A stretch of DNA of 64,000 nt from a virus (taxonomy: Duplodnaviria; Caudoviricetes): positions 48,403-112,402 of IMG/VR virus record IMGVR_UViG_3300028591_000124. The stretch is one strand, 5' to 3'. Made by a program: the position numbers and the translations under genes. This document shows positions 61,667 to 64,000 of the stretch, in pieces. Each line of letters begins with the position of its first letter. Within the stretch, counting starts at the first letter, position 1. The notes below the pieces were generated by a model, which was not told the DNA's origin, did not search any database, and saw nothing but the letters and a program-made list of their open reading frames with translations.

Positions 61667-62044
61667 ATGGCAGAAAACAATGAGTTGATTCTCACTCCAG
61701 AACTGGAGGAGACCATTAAGGCAAAGTGTGAGGCAATTAAGGCTAAGCAGCCCAGTATCAAACGTGTTATCCCCGTCGTTGTGGAAGGTAATGTAGATGA
61801 TGGCGAGAAGCCATTCTATGTAGCCTACATGAAACACCCTGACATGAAGGCATTCTCGAAGTTCATGATGACCAACAGTGCCAACAGTATCATCGCCCAG
61901 AAGAATCTGGCCAAGGACTGTTTTATTGACGGTGACAAGGAGCTTCTGGATGACGATGACCTGTTCCTGATGGGCCTGATGCCAAACCTCAATGTGCTTA
62001 TTGAGGCACGTAATACGAAGATCGTAAATTTATCGAAAGCCTAA
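61667..62044 (+). CDS. tail assembly chaperone (G-like)
   Basis: CFIDGDKELLDDD; slippery A AAT TTA near its end. Confidence 0.75.
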   Translation: MAENNELILTPELEETIKAKCEAIKAKQPSIKRVIPVVVEGNVDDGEKPFYVAYMKHPDMKAFSKFMMTNSANSIIAQKNLAKDCFIDGDKELLDDDDLFLMGLMPNLNVLIEARNTKIVNLSKA

Positions 62045-62280
62045 AGGTCGGCGATGGCGACATCGATGCTTTTAGGCAAAGGTACATTTTGATCGCGCAT
62101 TACTTTCCAGGTATCAATCTTGACGAATTGGATGAATGGGGGTTTGCATTCTGGAGCGAAAATGCCCAGTGGATGCACTCTCAGCAAATTCTGATTCAAC
62201 AAGCAAACATGATGGGAATGTTGGGAGGAGGTGGTGGAGCACCGAAACAGCAATCGGCACCGAGACCTCCTGGACGATGA
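62026..62280 (+). CDS. tail assembly chaperone -1 frameshift extension (T-like)
   Basis: -1 frame is open from the heptamer 62026-62032 to the stop at 62280. Confidence 0.75.
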   Translation, partial: KFIESLKVGDGDIDAFRQRYILIAHYFPGINLDELDEWGFAFWSENAQWMHSQQILIQQANMMGMLGGGGGAPKQQSAPRPPGR

Positions 62281-62340
62281 AAAAGGCCCACTGCATTAAC
62301 TTGTAGTGGGTCATTTTTATCTATTTAATAGAAAACGATT

Positions 62341-63723
62341 ATGGCTGGTATTAATAGATTCACGATAGATTCTCAGAAGAGTAATCAGATTACCGGGATT
62401 TTTAACGAAACCGTGTGTGGGCTTGTGTTCGATATTTCAAAACGGAGCAATGTGTTTGGAAATTTCCCATTGGCACGTCAGCATTACGAAAGCGGAAGGA
62501 TTTGTGAGCTAACAAGTATGGACGATGTGATTGCGTCTGGAATTACCGAGAACGGAATCATGAATGGTGTTCCATATTATCATCTGAAGCATTTCTTTAC
62601 GATGGCTTCAAAAGATACATCCCCACACTCAATATATGTTGTTTTTGAGAATTGTAGTTCGAATTTCCAGGTGTTCAATCGGATGATGCAAGTTACAAAT
62701 AAGAAAATATATCAGTTTGGCCTTTGGACTGAGAAAGATATATTTGCATATTATGGTGACGAGCTGATTTCGCCATTATTGACACAATTGGATGAAGATT
62801 TGTTCTCATATAAAAGTGAGACTCCAGAATCAGAAGACTATGATCTGGATATTCCGTTTAATGTATTTGTGTGTGCAAATCCAACAAGAACACAATTGAT
62901 TGATACTTTTGTGTATTTAACAGATAAACAAGGCGCAAGACTTAAAAAGGAAGACGGTGGGTATCTTCTTGCAAATATATTGCCTAATAATCAGACATTT
63001 GATTACAGAACGCTCCCAGACATTACCAAATACAATATACCAGGTTTATCTGTATTGCTTGGCCAGGAAAGGAGTGATGCTGTACATGTCATGCAGAACA
63101 AAAACGTCAACCAGACTCCAGTAGGTTGTATTGGTGCAGCTCTTGGTGTAATGACATTGTGCCCAGTAGAATATTGCTTGGCAGACAACTATCTATTTAG
63201 TTTGCGAGATATTATTCCTGAAGCAGAACTTGGTTTTGGAAATGATTATACTCCAATACAAAAATTAGGGTATATCCGAAGAAATGCCTTGGATGCATCT
63301 GGATACATATTTTTGACTGATAAGGACGGATATATCGGAGAAACATTTTTTTCGAGTGACAAGACTCTTGGGAACCGCGATTATTGTACTTTGGTTAGGT
63401 GCCGCACTATCAATAAAGTACAGAGAATTGTACGGAATATATTGATAAGCTATGCCAACGGAGCAGTAAAAGTCAATCCAGAAACAGGTACTATATCACA
63501 GACACTCGCAAAGGCAATTCAGAATGACATTTATAAGGAAATTGACGCATATATGGGAATCAGCAGTAGTCTGAAAGGTGCAGCCCAACTTGATTTCAGA
63601 TATGTGAATATACCACTTGAACAGGATCTCCAGAACAACACTTTGTTAAAAGTAGAGGTTGAAATAAAACCTGGAAATCATGTTGAAAGTATTAAATTCG
63701 TAGCTGAAACAACAACTTCTTGA
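62341..63723 (+). CDS. second tail-sheath paralogue
   Basis: Collinear similarity to 59642-61006 (GLVFDI, YYHLKHFF, GLWTE, LGQE, PVGCIG, AELGFG, RCRT). Confidence 0.8.
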   Translation: MAGINRFTIDSQKSNQITGIFNETVCGLVFDISKRSNVFGNFPLARQHYESGRICELTSMDDVIASGITENGIMNGVPYYHLKHFFTMASKDTSPHSIYVVFENCSSNFQVFNRMMQVTNKKIYQFGLWTEKDIFAYYGDELISPLLTQLDEDLFSYKSETPESEDYDLDIPFNVFVCANPTRTQLIDTFVYLTDKQGARLKKEDGGYLLANILPNNQTFDYRTLPDITKYNIPGLSVLLGQERSDAVHVMQNKNVNQTPVGCIGAALGVMTLCPVEYCLADNYLFSLRDIIPEAELGFGNDYTPIQKLGYIRRNALDASGYIFLTDKDGYIGETFFSSDKTLGNRDYCTLVRCRTINKVQRIVRNILISYANGAVKVNPETGTISQTLAKAIQNDIYKEIDAYMGISSSLKGAAQLDFRYVNIPLEQDLQNNTLLKVEVEIKPGNHVESIKFVAETTTS

Positions 63724-63831
63724 CATTTTTTGATATAGATTATTGATTTTTGTGCAGGCGTAATTGTGAAATTGCGCCTGTTTTAGTTGACGCGCTGCCT
63801 TCTTAGTGGCTATTTAAAATAAAAGTAAGTT

Positions 63832-64000
63832 ATGGCAGATGTAAAGCAATATATTGTTGAGTATCTTGTACAAGCGAACGTCCAGAATGCAGTTCAGAAC
63901 CTGAGTGGTCTGACTGGAATGATGGAAGAGTTCCAGGCCAAATATGGTGCTGGTCTAAGACAGTCAAGCGTAGCAGCTGACCGAATTCTAAATCGGCAAA
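63832..64000 (+). CDS. start of a probable tape measure protein (partial)
   Basis: ATG after a terminator and CTATTT motif; open to the window end; identity from position only. Confidence 0.45.
   Translation, partial: MADVKQYIVEYLVQANVQNAVQNLSGLTGMMEEFQAKYGAGLRQSSVAADRILNRQ

Noticed and set aside
1-64000. Stop-codon reassignment as in some Prevotella and crAss-like phages
   Set aside because: Genes are full length and densely packed under code 11; no suppressor tRNA seen.

Overview
The window is part of a large tailed (contractile-tail) phage genome. The host is most likely Bacteroidota (Prevotella/Bacteroides-like), inferred from TAnnTTTG promoters, A-rich translation starts and Bacteroidota-type gene families. 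Layout: 1-5.7 kb (+) exonuclease end, lysis genes, terminase and head-tail adaptor; 5.8-7.8 kb (-) tyrosine integrase beside tRNA-Ser and tRNA-Arg; 8-41 kb an almost unbroken (-) run of early/accessory genes (ACP, MazG-like, RNase H, ThyX, DUF932, DUF4120, a DGR-type target, many hypotheticals); 40.9-43.9 kb a hairpin-dense leader, a strand switch and iteron-like repeats; 44-52 kb mixed genes (second recombinase, DUF2829, dUTPase); 52-64 kb (+) Mu-like head and tail module. Best candidate for an undescribed system: a stand-alone reverse transcriptase (26735-28009) followed directly by seven ~162-181 bp units. The units are not sequence repeats. Each has the same architecture: short arm, CTNTA-N5-CAGAT, a unique 68-89 nt hairpin, TGAAT, ~25 nt, complementary arm. 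Two candidate partner genes and an eighth solitary unit follow, and the array is kept as one open 408-codon frame. Other notable items: a probable -1 frameshift with pseudoknot fusing the portal to the Mu-F-like head protein, an orphan DGR target, a ~650-nt structured leader and a putative late-promoter motif. All family calls come from motif recognition by eye; no searches were run.
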